From NCBI GenBank assembly GCA_002269645.1, contig NIVC01001380.1:237337-301336 (forward strand): a stretch of 64,000 bases of DNA, in the 5' to 3' direction. The stretch's first letter is position 1. Each line of letters opens with the position of its first letter. Origin of the DNA: Macrostomum lignano (lineage: Eukaryota). Below, one piece after another: positions 1 to 12,845 of the stretch. The notes below the pieces were generated by a model. That model did no database searches, had not been told where the DNA came from, and was given only the letters and a program-made list of their open reading frames with translations. Position numbers and translations under genes: made by a program.

Positions 1-541
1 ATTTATATATGAAGAAAAGTATGAAGTGGGGCTTACTTCTGTCCTTATAAATAATTCCACCGCTTAGCCACCAGGCTGTGCTAGGGCTATTAGCTCTGTC
101 TTTCTAGAATCCTAACTGTTGGCCTTTGCCTAGTCACTTTTCTTATGAGCTGCCACCAAAATTGTACTGATGCTTAACTTCTATCTACCTAATTTTCTTA
201 TTGATATACTTTTGCATAAAACCTGTACTCTTATTATTTGTAGCATATCTACTTCTTTATCTATTTCTACTGGTAGCATCTATTTATCTAATGGTAGCAA
301 TTGTATATATACCGTACTTTTAGCCTGAGTGGTCTAATGGAACTGTATAACCTTACTATCTCTCAGTCCTAGGCGTTCCCTAGATCAGAGAGTCACAGCC
401 TTAGCAATTTCCTTGCCCTGAGGCGATTTCTCCTGCCCTAAGGTGACTATACAATTTGTAAGATTACTATCCTAAGGCAATCTCTTTTTGCCCTGAGGCA
501 CTTTCTCACTGATTAGTAGGCTTTTCAACACTACTCCCAAT

Positions 542-840
542 CATACATGCGCAACAGTCGGCCGAGTCGGCCGATCCGGCCGACCGATTTGGCGGCCAAC
601 CAAGGAAGTCGCAAAAATGCCCACCCGAAAAAACACCCAAGTAGTAGTACTAAGTAGCTGACGAGGCATTTTGGCTTAATAAGACAGTCATAGTTACTCC
701 TGCCGTTTACCCAAAATTGCGTTAATTTTGCTTTAGGGTTTTTTTTACATGTAAGTCGCAATTTTGGCCAAAAACTACGTCGCATTTTTGTTAAAACTAA
801 GTCGCACGGCCGACCAAATTTTGGAGGTTTCGCATGTATG
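542..840. mobile_element. MITE / non-autonomous TIR DNA transposon, 8-bp TSD (hAT or P superfamily)
   Basis: Ends CATACATGCGCAAC...GTTTCGCATGTATG are a 13/14 inverted repeat. Exact direct repeat CTCCCAAT at 534-541 and 841-848. Subterminal GTCGGCCG repeats. Second copy at 14503-14815. Confidence 0.85.
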
Positions 841-2799
841 CTCCCAATTTGGGGCTTTACTCTAGGAAATGAATAAGTCTGAAAGTTTTGCAAATAAGAT
901 TTTTATAGAACTAGATTGGCTATTATTCTCACAATTTGTGGTGAACGAAGAAGTTCTAAGTTAACTTCTCTTGGCCCATTCTATGCTCCTATTTATACTA
1001 CTTGTACAGTATATATAAAACAAAAAGTTATTTTGCAAAATATTATTTGATTTCACAACATTAAAACAAAAAAGAATAATCTCTTTTTTGCGTAAATTCA
1101 AATATGGTAATTCCTAGGAAATGTTTCACGAACGTGTTTACTACTTATACTGGAAGGCCCTATACTACAAACAAAGCATATTGCGTCAAGTATACATATA
1201 GAACTTTTCAACAGTGATTATAATTAAATATTTGTAAAAAGATCATGCATAGGCCTAAATCATAACTAACTTAGTCTCAATTCTTAGTTAAAAAATCTAT
1301 AAGCAAAGCTGAACTATTAATAAACTTAAATAAGATAATGATATATATTTTATAATTGTACCAACATTACTAGACAATCTAATTTAAAGTTTGATCAATG
1401 TACAGTTGATATGGATAAAAAATCTGGAGTATTCTTGCCAGTTTTAAACCCCAATCAAACTCAAACAAATATGATAGAGAAGTAAGCTATGAGCTTAAAA
1501 ATTGGAATAGAAGGCATAAATCTAAAAACTAGCAGCCGAATTAAGTATTCGTGATATTTTTTGTTACCTCTGTGATCGTCCAAAAGTCAAATCCGACTGC
1601 TTGCAACTGCTCAAGCATCTGCTTATCAAACGAAATTTATGGCAAACTTTAAGATACTCCACGCCATCCAAAGAAACAAGCTTAGTTATATGCGACATAA
1701 TGAATGCAATGAAAGTTTGCTTTCCGAGTAGAAACCTTTCTGGCTGTCCCGCCCGCACAAAGTGACACTCTGCTCAAAACAGGACAATGTACAGTTTAGT
1801 TTAAAATGTGTTCTAATAAAAAGAACCCTGTTTTTCATAAATCGTATTTTGCGGTGTTGCGTCATGTAGTAAAACAGAATTACTGCTACTTTCTTAATGG
1901 TAAAATTCTTGAATGTAAAAGCAGAAAAACATTTGCGCTTGTTTATTGCTATGTTTAATTTAGCAATTTAGCAATTTAGCAAACGATTTAATTTACTTTT
2001 AATCGTTAGATTCGTGCTTAAAAGTGTCACTATAAGATTCCTGAATGACTTCGATGTATTAATTAGCATCACATCAAAGAACGACTTGGGCTGGGGAAAT
2101 AAGTAATAACCGACAGATATGTTAAATAAAATTGCACCAAAAAAAAAATTCAGACTGCAAGGCTACGTTCTTTAAGGTCATAAACAAGCTAAATAAGATT
2201 CCATAGAACAAGATAAGAGATCGTGATAGGAATCCCCACGCCAAGCCTGACGGATCGAGAGAACAAGAGAACGGAGGTGTGGCAGGTTACAAGGGTGAGT
2301 CGTCAGACGAGCACAACGTCAGCGGTCCAGGAACCACCATGAAGGGGAACAAAGGTTCTGAATGACAAAATAGAGATGGTCTACTAGCGGCCAGCATGCA
2401 GCAGGCCGTAAGAAATATGCATGTATGCTGGATGTTGTAAAGTAGCTCGGCGTCATGAAACTACAATTCATAAATTAATAATTATGTGATGCGAATTGTC
2501 TACTTTACACTAGGCCTGCTCCACGGACGTGGGCCTCAGTGTAAAGTGTGTTAACCCCCCCCCCGCCATTCCTCTCCCCCGGCCCTTCGCCCTCCTCTCC
2601 TCCGTCTCAACCCTCCGCCGCGTGCCGGGGGTTTTAAACCCATGCAGTATTTTCAGACTGCAGGCCTTTGTGCAACTGCTCGATCTGATTTTTTTATTTG
2701 TCAGCAACTATGGAAAGTGCACGCGCACTGCAACAGCCAGAGCAGAGCCAATAGACAAGCGTGGTCTCCCAAAAACAGGCTGCAAACATTGCCAACAAC

Positions 2800-5700
2800 A
2801 GCTCTACGAACGGCTATGCCATCACTAATTGCAGTCTGAAGCTCCCGCAGCCGACTCTGACAGCTCCGGTGCGACTGTTGATGCAGGAATCATCGAAGAC
2901 AAGTCAACAGGTGGGCACGAGCCGACGTCAGAGGGTGCAGCTGGCGACCTGGCGGAAATCAAGGCGCTGACACGGTGCCTGCAGCGCGAGCTCGAGGGGA
3001 ATCAGACTGCTGACTCCCTACTTCAATTGGTGAGCCCTCAGCTTTTCCTACTGTGTGCATGAGGCCTTTTTTATCTTGTTCAGGTGTAGAGAGCGGTCAG
3101 TCAGCCAGAAAGCGCAGCCGCGGGCCTACCTGATGCGCGACTTTGTCAAGTCCAACGCCAATCAGTCAAGCGATAGAGTGTGACTGCCTGGGAGAACGGC
3201 AACGTTGGTATTCAAGAAGCAGCCGCCAAGCCTAAGCAAGATCTCCACCGGCCAATGGATCCCTAGCAATGCTCAAATCCTACAGACAGCGCCTGCAGAT
3301 TGACGACGGAGCTCGCTCATCTACGTGAGGGTGCGAGCAACCGCAGCTGTCCCATCGCCACCTGAAGGCTCCACGCAATCTTGAAGGTCACTTTGAACCG
3401 ACCCGGTATCTCCTAGCCGCAGGCGTCCGTTTGCCTGAGCTTCAACTCACCAGGGGGCTGTCAACGGTCTAGCTGCTGGTACCGGGACGTCTGCAAGCTG
3501 CCGGCTGCAGCAAGCCGCATCCCGCCCAACTGCATAGCTTGAGCAGCAATACGGCTGATGGGTCAAAAAACTAGATTAGCCACCCTTATTTCTATCTCCC
3601 ACCCGCCCTTATTCCATTGTTTGAATCCCCTCGCCCCTGCCCGGTACCCCGACCCGCCTGGCGCCGCATAGGGTGCTGACGTCTTCCAACATGAACATGC
3701 CTTCTTGGAATCTTCTGCTCCACAACGACCCAGACGAGATATTCCAGCTCCGAAAGGCCTTCATAACGGCTCAACAAGCCTCCGCCTGCCTTCACGCACT
3801 CTACAAACTACCGTTCCGCTACTGACCATGCCGAGCAGGTTGACAAGTAACTTTCTGAAGAGCTCCGCCTTGGCCGCTTTCAACCCACTAGCGGACGCGT
3901 CATAGTGAATGCTATCGGCGCGATCCCTAAGTCTGACGGCAGCGTTTGGCTCATTCACGATCTCTCCAGTCCTTCCGGCTCTTCGGTCAACGTCTGAGAT
4001 TCTCCTCCGTGCAGGATCCGCTGCGTCACATCCGGCCCTGTCTGCTTGCAGCAGGCCTACCGCTCTTTCGGCATCCACCCGAACGATCAGACGCTGACGG
4101 ACTTCAGCTGACACTGAATCCTCCGTGATCACCGGCTGCCCTTTAGTGCCCGGGCCTCTCGCGAGATCTTTCACCGTCTCTCAGCCGCCATTCATCGTCA
4201 CATAATTAGGCAAGGCTTCGAAGCTACTGTCAACTACCTGGATGACTGGGCAGTTGCCGGCGACTCACGGGAAGCCGCTGAATGCGCTTACGACTAGCTG
4301 GTGCACCTCCTGCAAGTCCTGGGCTTCACAATCAACTGGAGCGAGTCCATGGCCCCAACTTAGCGGCTGGTCTCCTTGGTGTTCAAATTGAAAAAAATTG
4401 ACGGAACGCTGTCGCTACCCATGAACAAGGCCGCCAGCACCAGGGATTTGCTCAAGGACTGCCTCTCCCGCAACGTCTTCAAGCTCAAGCAGCTGGAGAG
4501 ACTGACCGGGAAGCTGTGCTGGTTGGGCCAGGTCAACAAGCTGCTGCGTCCGTTCCTTCGCCCGCTTTTGACCTCATCAGCGACGGTCGAGATCTCCGGC
4601 TGTCTCAAGGAGCTCGTGATCTGTTGCAACGGTGGCTGCAGGCAGTGGACTCGCTCCGACCTACGCCGCTGCGCCCGCGCTTTCATCAATTGGTAGCCAT
4701 CGAGTCTCACAGAAATCCGAAGGCGCCACTTGTATTGTAAGCGGCACCCGCTTCAGTGACTGGGTGTACGACTTCGAGTCAGAGTTCAAAGACCTTCACA
4801 TCTGCGCCTCCTACTCAAATCAGCCTCAGCAAAATGTCCTTCATCCACAGAGCACCGGACCCTATCAAGGACAACGCCCGACTGGCTCACGTCTGCCTCG
4901 GAGCCCGACGCCTACTAAGCAGACAGCCACGCAGGGCAGAGCCGCTGCAGCCGCGTCATCTCCGCCTGCTCTGCAAAAGCTCTCTGCTTCAGCAATTGCC
5001 CCCCCCCACCCGGCGCCTCTTCGTGGCTTTAAAGCTGCTCTGCTGATCGCCTGGTGGGGCGTCCTTCGTCTGGGCGAACTGCTTCCATCTACCGCTGGGG
5101 ATGCTCGACCTGCCCCGGCGGCCTTTGCCTGACCATTTGCAAGTCCAAGACCAACCAGTTCAAAAAGGAGCATCAGCTGCTGGTCTTCCTTCCGCAATGC
5201 TCCGACTTCCCACAGATCTGCGTGAGGGCCAGGTTGTCGAGCCACAGCAGTCTCTCTTCTCTGCAGAGTCCCGTTGGCTGCCTCGACCTTCATCCTGTTG
5301 TGATTCGAAGTATTGGCCCGTACTGTACGCTAGCTCTCTACCTCGCGCTTTCCGTCTACCGCTGCCCTTTTCGCTTCGTTTCTCTTCTGCCTAGAGCACC
5401 AGCGTGAAGAATCACTGCCGTAAGTGTCGTCCTGCCTTCTTACTTTGGTGTTCAGTGCAATTAGGACATTGTCCCCAGGGCCTGTTCCTTTGCTGCGACC
5501 CTGGTTGCCGGCCTACTGCCTGCGCGTTAGTGCGACAGCGGGTTGGCAAGCAGCAGGTGCTGAGTTTCCCTGCTCGTACAGAGCGGGGGACAAAGCCGGC
5601 TGGTCCGTTTTAGGACACAATAATCCAAGGGGGACACTTCTCAGGCTACAGTCCTTTTATTCCGATAACTAGTTTAAGCGCTGATTCACCATTCTGTGTA

Positions 5701-5830
5701 TATTCTGTGGTCTGGGCAGTGGAGGAGCCAGCGCCGCCTTCCGTGGTAGCCTCTTCCTGGCCGACATCTGCTGCCTTAGAGACTGGCGCTCCGACTCCGT
5801 CTTCCGCTATTTCTCGGACGATGCAGCTTT
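2800..5830 (+). mobile_element. Degenerate tyrosine-recombinase retrotransposon (DIRS order, Ngaro-like)
   Basis: Hand translation gives a Gag-type Cys motif VCLSFNSPGGCQRSSCWYRDVC (~3425-3495); RT motifs IVNAIGAIPKSDGSVWLIHDLSSPSGSSVN (~3900-3990), HRLPFSARASREIF and NYLDDW (YLDD 4235-4246); an RNase H-like region (4376-4696); and YR motifs WWGVLRLGELL (~5050-5085) and GGASAAF..LADICCLRDWRSDSVFRYF (catalytic Tyr ~5808). Multiple stops and frameshifts. Terminal repeats not found; boundaries approximate. Confidence 0.85.
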
Positions 5831-6737
5831 TGCCCACAGGCGCTCTGCCGTCCAGCGGATCGCTGCTACCACTGACTAACCTTAATTCCTTCCCCCGCTT
5901 TTTATTTTTGAGGTTGCGGTCGCCCTCCCCACCTTGTTGCTGCTTCGTGCTCGCTGCCATCTCACCGCTTTTGCCTTCTTTCGCTGCTGGTAGGCTTGCG
6001 GGTTAATAGTGATTATATGAAAAATTGCAGATAACGTTGACATACGTTTAACCGGTCGATCACTTCTTTTTACGCTGCTGACTGAGGTCTGAGGTCACCC
6101 AAAGCCACTCAAAAGGCCGACGTTCGCCAGCATATCCGACGTACGTCGCTGTACGTCGCTGTACGTTGCTGGACGTCGCTGCATGGCAAACGGGTATTTT
6201 TCCATTACACCAACGAATCACGACGTCATACGTCTACGCCTGTTTAAAAGTTGTAAAACTCTTTCAGGACGTTAGTTTGTTGCGACTGCGGGGCTCTCTC
6301 CGAAAGGAGTATTGTATTATTAAATTAGAATGGAATCATAATTTCTAATTAACTTGCCCACAGAAGGAAACAAAGAAGACTTAATTAATCGAACGGAACA
6401 AGCCTTGCAGATTTATTGACCCGATGCTAAAATCCTACTCAATAGACTGTTTGCCTACGCTGTTTACCTATGATTTGGCGATCTCCAAATATGGAAGAAT
6501 TAGATTTAGCTCGCTGGCAGGACGAGAGAGCAAGCAAATACACAGAAAAAATCCCTTCCGACTTGGATTAGATGGATCTGAGACTATTCTGTATACTCGA
6601 GTGATCTAGAGGTCCCAATACTATCTCGAGAGCCGTGCTTTGATTGGGCAAACATGAATAACCCGAAGACTATATAGCTATATATTCTTTATCATTCGAG
6701 CTAATGGTCATTCCCTTTCTTTGAGCAAGCATTCAAT

Positions 6738-8570
6738 ATGTTTCTGATCCAACTCAAGAATCGAGGCCAGGTTCTGTCGGCAGTCTCAATTGTACTGGTG
6801 CACTGCATCTGTTTCTATGGCAACGGAACTAGCGCTGAACCTGAACACTATCAATATCTTCGGGACAGGACTATCTGCACGAACGTAGTGTCCAATCGAG
6901 GTGTAAGTGGCGGCAGCACCTCTGGTGTTCTCGCTGTAGCTAAATGTCCTCCAGATGCGCTCGCATCAACTGCTGATAAATGCCACCAGAGTAACTCGGA
7001 GAAGTACATTGAACCCGATAAAGTACCCGTGCTAGATAGGCATGGTCAACTTTATTTAAACCAATACTGCCTAATCTGCAATAACCCAGCCGAACACACA
7101 CCAGTGCATGTCCCTCTCAACTTTGTAAATATTTCCTGCACCAGAAATGTAACCAGCTCTGAGAGGGAACGAATGCGGTTGCATCGTCAGGGTGGTCCGA
7201 TTGTTCTGCCAGACGATTGTCGAGGCACTTTCTATGGTAGCGCGGATATCCAACTGGACGACTGTTGCCTCATCAGCAATTCATCGCCCTGCCTATCAAA
7301 GGCGAGCACCGCGTGGGCTAATTCCGTTGATATTGTATTTAACTTTCGAGTTGACTTTTTCAACCTCTCTGGTAGATCGAAACTTACCGACCGGGATGAT
7401 ATCAAAGATTCTGATGGTAACTCTACAATATCGGTGGCGTCTACAGCGGAATCTTACTGCAAAACTTTTGCGCGAACTGTTCTGCTGATAATTTCGATGC
7501 TCAGCCTCTTGTGCCTCATCGCAGTGTACTGCTGCTGCTGCTTGCCAGGACTCCGAAACCGACCCGCGTACCTGCTGGTTTCGCACAGCTTCGCACTTCT
7601 GCTTGTCTATGCCATCGACTTGATTGACCTAATGGGACTTCCGAGCTTCTCTCGACAGCATCAGCTGTGGCTGTACTCTGTAACCGTGTTCGCGGCTGAT
7701 GCAGCATTCTGCTGGGCTCTGCTCTTTGGTTGCGATCTGCTAAGAGCGCTCAGCGGTCTAGGCGTCAACAACACCGGTGGGGGTAACGTCCGTCAAGCGT
7801 CCGATAGGCGATCCAAAATCTCTGCTGCCATCCGTTTTTCCCTTATCGGTTGGGGCATTCCGCTTCTGTTTAGTGCCGCTCCGATTGTTACGCAGCACAT
7901 GATATTGAACCAGCAGCAGCAACGGCAGCAACAACTTGGCAATTCTACCGAAGAAGGATTCACGAACTGGCGTCTACTACAGCTCGGAATCGTATTCGGG
8001 CCGTGGGCTGCAACGTTAGCACTGAATTGCGTCGCTCTAGCCGCTATTTGGCGTCGAATTTTTCTGGCCGCTCAAAATGCTCGTCAACGACCAGGCTGCG
8101 TAGGAGGAGGTGTTGGAAGCGGAGGTCACACAACTCGAGGGTTTTCCAAAGCTAAGCAACTAGCTGCGACAGCTTTGAAAGTGTCGGCGCTGTTAGGCGT
8201 CTGTTGGCTGCCGTTTTGTCTGGCCATCGCGCTGGGCTGGCCAAATCAGTCGATTGGCTTCTTTCTCAGCCAGCTGTGTCGCAGCTGTCAGGGCGCTCTG
8301 CTTCTGGCCGCGTTCGGCAGCAGCGCTCGAGTCCGAAGACAGCTGGCAGCCCGGCTAGCTAGCAGAAGGTCCACCACTGCTACTGGAGGCTCTTCCGGCA
8401 GCAACAGTCGGGGTCGACGCAACACCGGCGCGACAACGTGCGGCGGCAGTGGAGGCGCAACTGTGGCAGTTAGCCGACCACTTCAGCAGGACGTGGGGAC
8501 CGGTAAAAGTTCAGCTCCTCTACTGCGTCGCAGCGAAGAATGTGGCGATGCTATTGGATCGGCTCATTGA
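6738..8570 (+). CDS. Single-exon class B (7tm_2) GPCR, Methuselah-like/adhesion-like, with Cys-rich ectodomain
   Basis: 610-aa intact ORF with an N-terminal hydrophobic segment, an ectodomain motif PVLDRHGQLYLNQYCLICN, and seven hydrophobic segments carrying LPGLRNRP after TM1, GWGIP (TM4), LLGVCW (TM6) and CQG (TM7). Confidence 0.8.
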   Translation: MFLIQLKNRGQVLSAVSIVLVHCICFYGNGTSAEPEHYQYLRDRTICTNVVSNRGVSGGSTSGVLAVAKCPPDALASTADKCHQSNSEKYIEPDKVPVLDRHGQLYLNQYCLICNNPAEHTPVHVPLNFVNISCTRNVTSSERERMRLHRQGGPIVLPDDCRGTFYGSADIQLDDCCLISNSSPCLSKASTAWANSVDIVFNFRVDFFNLSGRSKLTDRDDIKDSDGNSTISVASTAESYCKTFARTVLLIISMLSLLCLIAVYCCCCLPGLRNRPAYLLVSHSFALLLVYAIDLIDLMGLPSFSRQHQLWLYSVTVFAADAAFCWALLFGCDLLRALSGLGVNNTGGGNVRQASDRRSKISAAIRFSLIGWGIPLLFSAAPIVTQHMILNQQQQRQQQLGNSTEEGFTNWRLLQLGIVFGPWAATLALNCVALAAIWRRIFLAAQNARQRPGCVGGGVGSGGHTTRGFSKAKQLAATALKVSALLGVCWLPFCLAIALGWPNQSIGFFLSQLCRSCQGALLLAAFGSSARVRRQLAARLASRRSTTATGGSSGSNSRGRRNTGATTCGGSGGATVAVSRPLQQDVGTGKSSAPLLRRSEECGDAIGSAH

Positions 8571-9674
8571 CAGAACACTTGTTAACAGTTAAACATTTAC
8601 ATGTGGCTACGAGGTTCGATATTACACGTATTTAATTCATGCAGTTGACAAAATCAAGGCACCAAAAGACTGATGCAGCTATAAAACCTTGCATGCAATG
8701 CTGCTGCGGTTATGTAGTTACAGTTTTATCACGTCGAAAAGCGTTTTATTTTGTACTCGTTGCTATACATGTAACTGCATAGTATACTCAACAACAAAAA
8801 AGTCGCCACCTTTGAGAGTGCGCAGTAAATTCCAGCTCAGTATTGACTTTTGGGTGACGCAACTTGCGCCACGCGACGCAGAGTTGGGCTGGGTGAGGAG
8901 GGATTGGGAAGAGCGGAGGGCGAAGATTGAAGCTTCCACCCGGTTTTCATTGTTGTTTTCAAGCGTTAATATTAAAATTGGAAAAGACACTATACTCACT
9001 GGGGCAAAGGGTGGGCCGGGACTTTTCAATGTTGCTGAGTCTATATTTCAACGATGAAATTGCCATCAAATGATGCCTAGTGTGTGATCGTGCAGTGAGA
9101 ATGATACCCCACCTCGTTAATGTGTTTATGAATACAACAGTCCAACTTGTATGGCATAAGTCACGTTTGATATATCGATCGATAGACGTACTGCAGTATC
9201 CAGGGGTGTGACGTTGCAGTCCCAAACAATCCTGCTTTTAAATTGCTGAAACCTGGACGCTGATCGCGGCTGATGGACTCGTTCGAACAGCAAAATTATA
9301 GATGAGACCAGTTGATAGACTATTTAAAACGGGCAGTGACTGGTGGTGAGCAAAAAATTAAGTAATACACAGGGACTACTCAAACAGTGTTTGATCGTAG
9401 TCCCTGGTAGTACACACACACATGTATTCATTCGACAGGAGGCATGCATCCAGGGCTAGGGTCAAACTTCCTGCGGATAAAATTGTGGTTATACATGTAT
9501 CGTAATTACTGCCTATCAAATACATGTATACTGTATACATGTACAGCTAAATGAGTTGCTAAATGTATGCTTCAGAATTTCATTTTACAATTACATGAAC
9601 ACCCCTCACACGTGTAATCCTAGCCCTGTAAGTGTATGTATGCGGAAAATTAAATTGACTAAACGTATACATAC

Positions 9675-12600
9675 AAAACAACAACAACAGCAACAGAGTA
9701 CGCTGTCAGTTCGCGAAAGCAGCGTCAGATGGCGCGCTTCGAAGCTTGGGCGCGAACAAAGGCCGCACCACCGGCAGAGTCCGGGGCGCCGGCGTCAGCC
9801 AGCAGACAGTCGACGTAGCGCCGAGTCCTCGCCTGTCCCCGCCGATAGGGTGCCTGCAACGTAAGTAGCAGCACCTCCTGCACCGGCTCCGGACAGTAGG
9901 CCTCGGCGCGGATGACGTAGCCTGCCAGCTGGAGTCACCGACGGCGCAGCAGATCGCTAGGACAGGCCAGGCCGGCGCGATGATAGAGCGCCGTGTTGGT
10001 GACTCGCTCGTTGCCGATCTTGAAGGCGGCGCGCAGCAGGCCAGCGTGCGCCGCGTCGACTTGAGCCTCGAGCGAGTCTGTCAGCGTCCAGGTCTCGGCG
10101 TTGTATAACAGGACGGTCTCGATCACCGCCTGGAACAGCGCCGCCCTCTGGCGGTCCGGTAGGGCCTCGGACTGCAGGACTGACCTTATAGAACGAAAGG
10201 CAGCCCAGGCAAGTCCTCGGCGACGCCGCAGATCCTCGCGGACGTCGGGAACCAGACCGCCCAGATAGACGAACTGCTGACATCTTGGAAGCTCACTCGC
10301 CTGTCTGTCAGCGCCTCGGCAGAATATTGCAGCCTCGGTGTCGTCCGGCACGCATAGCACGACGGTCTTCTGCGTGTTGACCACCAGGCCGACGCTCGCC
10401 GCAACGGCAACCAGCCTATCCAGCTGTCGTTGGGCGCCCTCGACGGTCGAGGACAGCAGGGCGAGGTCATCGGCTTAGCCAAGCACGCTGAGCCGTCTCT
10501 CCGGTTGGCGTCGACCCACGCGTCGCCGCAGCAGGAAGCCGTCGTCGTTGGAAGGCAGAGCAGTCCGTAGCACCCAGTCAAGCACCAGAATAAATAGGAA
10601 CGGCGCTAGCGTATCTCCCTGGAGCACCCCGGAGGATGTCTCGAAGAAATCCGATAGGCCGTCCGGTGTTGAGACAGCAGCCGTCGTGCCGTGGTACAGC
10701 GCCATGACAGCAGAAATCAGCAGCTCTGGCACGCTGTACGCACGGAGCACCTTCGGGAGCGCGTCCCTCACGACCGAGTCGAAGGCCTTCCTGAAATCGA
10801 CGAAGATCAGGATCAGGGTCAACTGGCGGATGCGCGCCTCCTCGATGACTCGGCGAAGAGCCAGGATCTGCGTCACTGTGCCGCGATGGGGCCGGAATCC
10901 GTTCTGCTCAGGCCGCAGGTACGGGTCCAGCACAGGCTGTAACCGCGATAGCAGCATGCGGTTGAACAGCTTCGCGGCGCAGGACTGTAGGCAGATGCCT
11001 CGATGCTCCTCGAGCTTGGTGGTGCCCGGCTTCTTTGGAATGGCGACGATGTGCGCCGTGGTCCATTCGTTTGGCGCCACCTCACCGGAAAGCACGCGGT
11101 TCATCACTCTGGCGACCTCAGTGGCCACACAGTGGATCCGCAGCGCCTCGATGGGCACCTCGTCCGGACCAAGCGCTTTGCCGCCCGGCGACTGCCGAGC
11201 GAACTTCACAACGTCGGCTGTGCTGACTGGGGCAACGTTGAAGCTCTCCTCCGCCGGCACGGCGTCTCCGGCGGCAGACTCAGATTTCTGGAAGCGGAGG
11301 GGGCGGCGCGTTGACAATGGCGGCGAAGAACTCGCGCAGCTCGTTCCTGCGTTCATCCGGAGTGTCGCCTGCCAGGTTGAGCGCGATGCGCCGCTTTCGC
11401 CCCGTCAGAGTGTTGATGATGGACCAGGCCACGCGCCCTCTGGCATCGGGCCCTGCGGCAGAGACGGCTTGGATGGCGTCATCGACAGCGGACTGCTGCC
11501 GCTGCAGGTAGACAGCCGCCAGAGCCTCCTCCGCCTCGCGAGTTTGCCGCCCACTCTGACGGAGCCTCTCCAGATCTTCCCTCGCTTCGTCGATCGCGGC
11601 GTCGTCCTGCCAGACCGGCTGCCCGCGCTGGGCCGGTCGCATCAGCGGGACTGCTTGCTCCGCAGCGGCTCGAACTGCAGCGCTCACCTCCGCGTACTCG
11701 GCTCCTCCACGCTTGTCACCCAGCGCAGTGACAAAGGCACCGGCAAAGCGACGTCGCGTCTCGGCGTCTCTGAGCGCGCGGTAGTAGCGCCGCGGTGGCC
11801 GCTTTGGCGGACGGTAGAGCGGGTCCCGAAGCCGAAGGTCGCAGATGAGCAGCCGATGGTCGGACCGCAGAGCCAGCGGCGTAATGGTGCGGCAGTTGGT
11901 GACGCGGCGGCGCTCACGAAAGCGCACAAGCACGTGGTCGAGCTGTGCCAGCCTCCGCGTAGCGTTCCGGCCGCGCGCGTTCCGCCGCCTCCGCTTGCAG
12001 CCCACGAAGGTCGCGAGCCTGCCCGGTGACTTGCGGAATCTGGTGTTGGCCGACACCATGTCCTGTCTCTCCAGGAAGTCCTCTAGCGCTCCGGTGTTGC
12101 CGTTCTCGCGCGCTGTCACGAACAGCGATCGCTCGGACCTACGCAGAACTGCGTTCAGGTCTCCGAGAATGACCACTGTGTCACGTTGCGCCATCTCCTC
12201 CACCCGCACCGAGAGTTGCTCGAAGATGGCCTGAGCCTCATCGGAGCGGGTAGCAGGCGGCGCGTACGCGCAGAACAGGCGGGCGTTCCGGCCGCGAAGC
12301 CGGACGTCGACCCGAAGCAGCCGAGAAGACAGGGAGACGCAGCGACAGCTCTGCTGCAGCCTCGGTCCGATCAGCGCTCCAACTCCTCCACGGCCTCGCT
12401 TATCCGCTGAGGTGTACCAGAGTGTCCAACCGGCGCCCAGGTCCTCACAGTGAAGTCCGGGGTCGGCTCTGATAGACACCTCCTGTAGTGCGATGACATC
12501 ACAGCTGAGGTCGAGCGCTAGCCTCGCCAGCAGCCATCTCCGCCATGTGGCCTTGAGAGTGCGGCAGTTCAGCGTCCCGACTCGAAGCGTGCCCTCTGGT

Positions 12601-12845
12601 ACGGCTGGGGCTCGGTGCTGGTGAGCCTCATGGTCCCCGGCGCCACCCGGAAGATCCAATTGGGCCAGCGCAGCAGCAGCTCGGCGGGCGGCGCCACGTT
12701 GCCGACCTCGCCAGTTTCGCTCGCGACGGCGTTCGACTCGCCGACGCGCGCTCCGCTGCCCTCGCTTGGTCCTGCCGCATTTGGCCGCCGCAGCAGTTAA
12801 GCGCGGCTCTCCGCTCTCACCACGAGGAGGTAGCGGCATTTATCT
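9675..12845 (-). mobile_element. Near-full-length non-LTR retrotransposon (APE + RT, RTE-like), inactivated
   Basis: Endonuclease motifs GTLNCRTL, LQEV, ILGDLNA, LDHVLV, SDHRLL (11280-12839). RT motifs QNGFRPHRG, FVDFRKAFDSV, GVLQGDTLAPFLF. YADD reads *ADD (TAA at 10475-10477). Frameshift near 11290, stop at 9935-9937. (TTG)n-like 3' tail at ~9675-9697. Confidence 0.92.

Noticed and set aside
10475-10477. Programmed stop-codon readthrough at the LINE YADD position
   Set aside because: The element has other lesions (frameshift, second stop). A TAC/TAT to TAA point mutation is simpler.
10548-12029. 493-aa plus-strand ORF
   Set aside because: Antisense shadow of the GC-rich LINE coding strand, with no recognisable domain.
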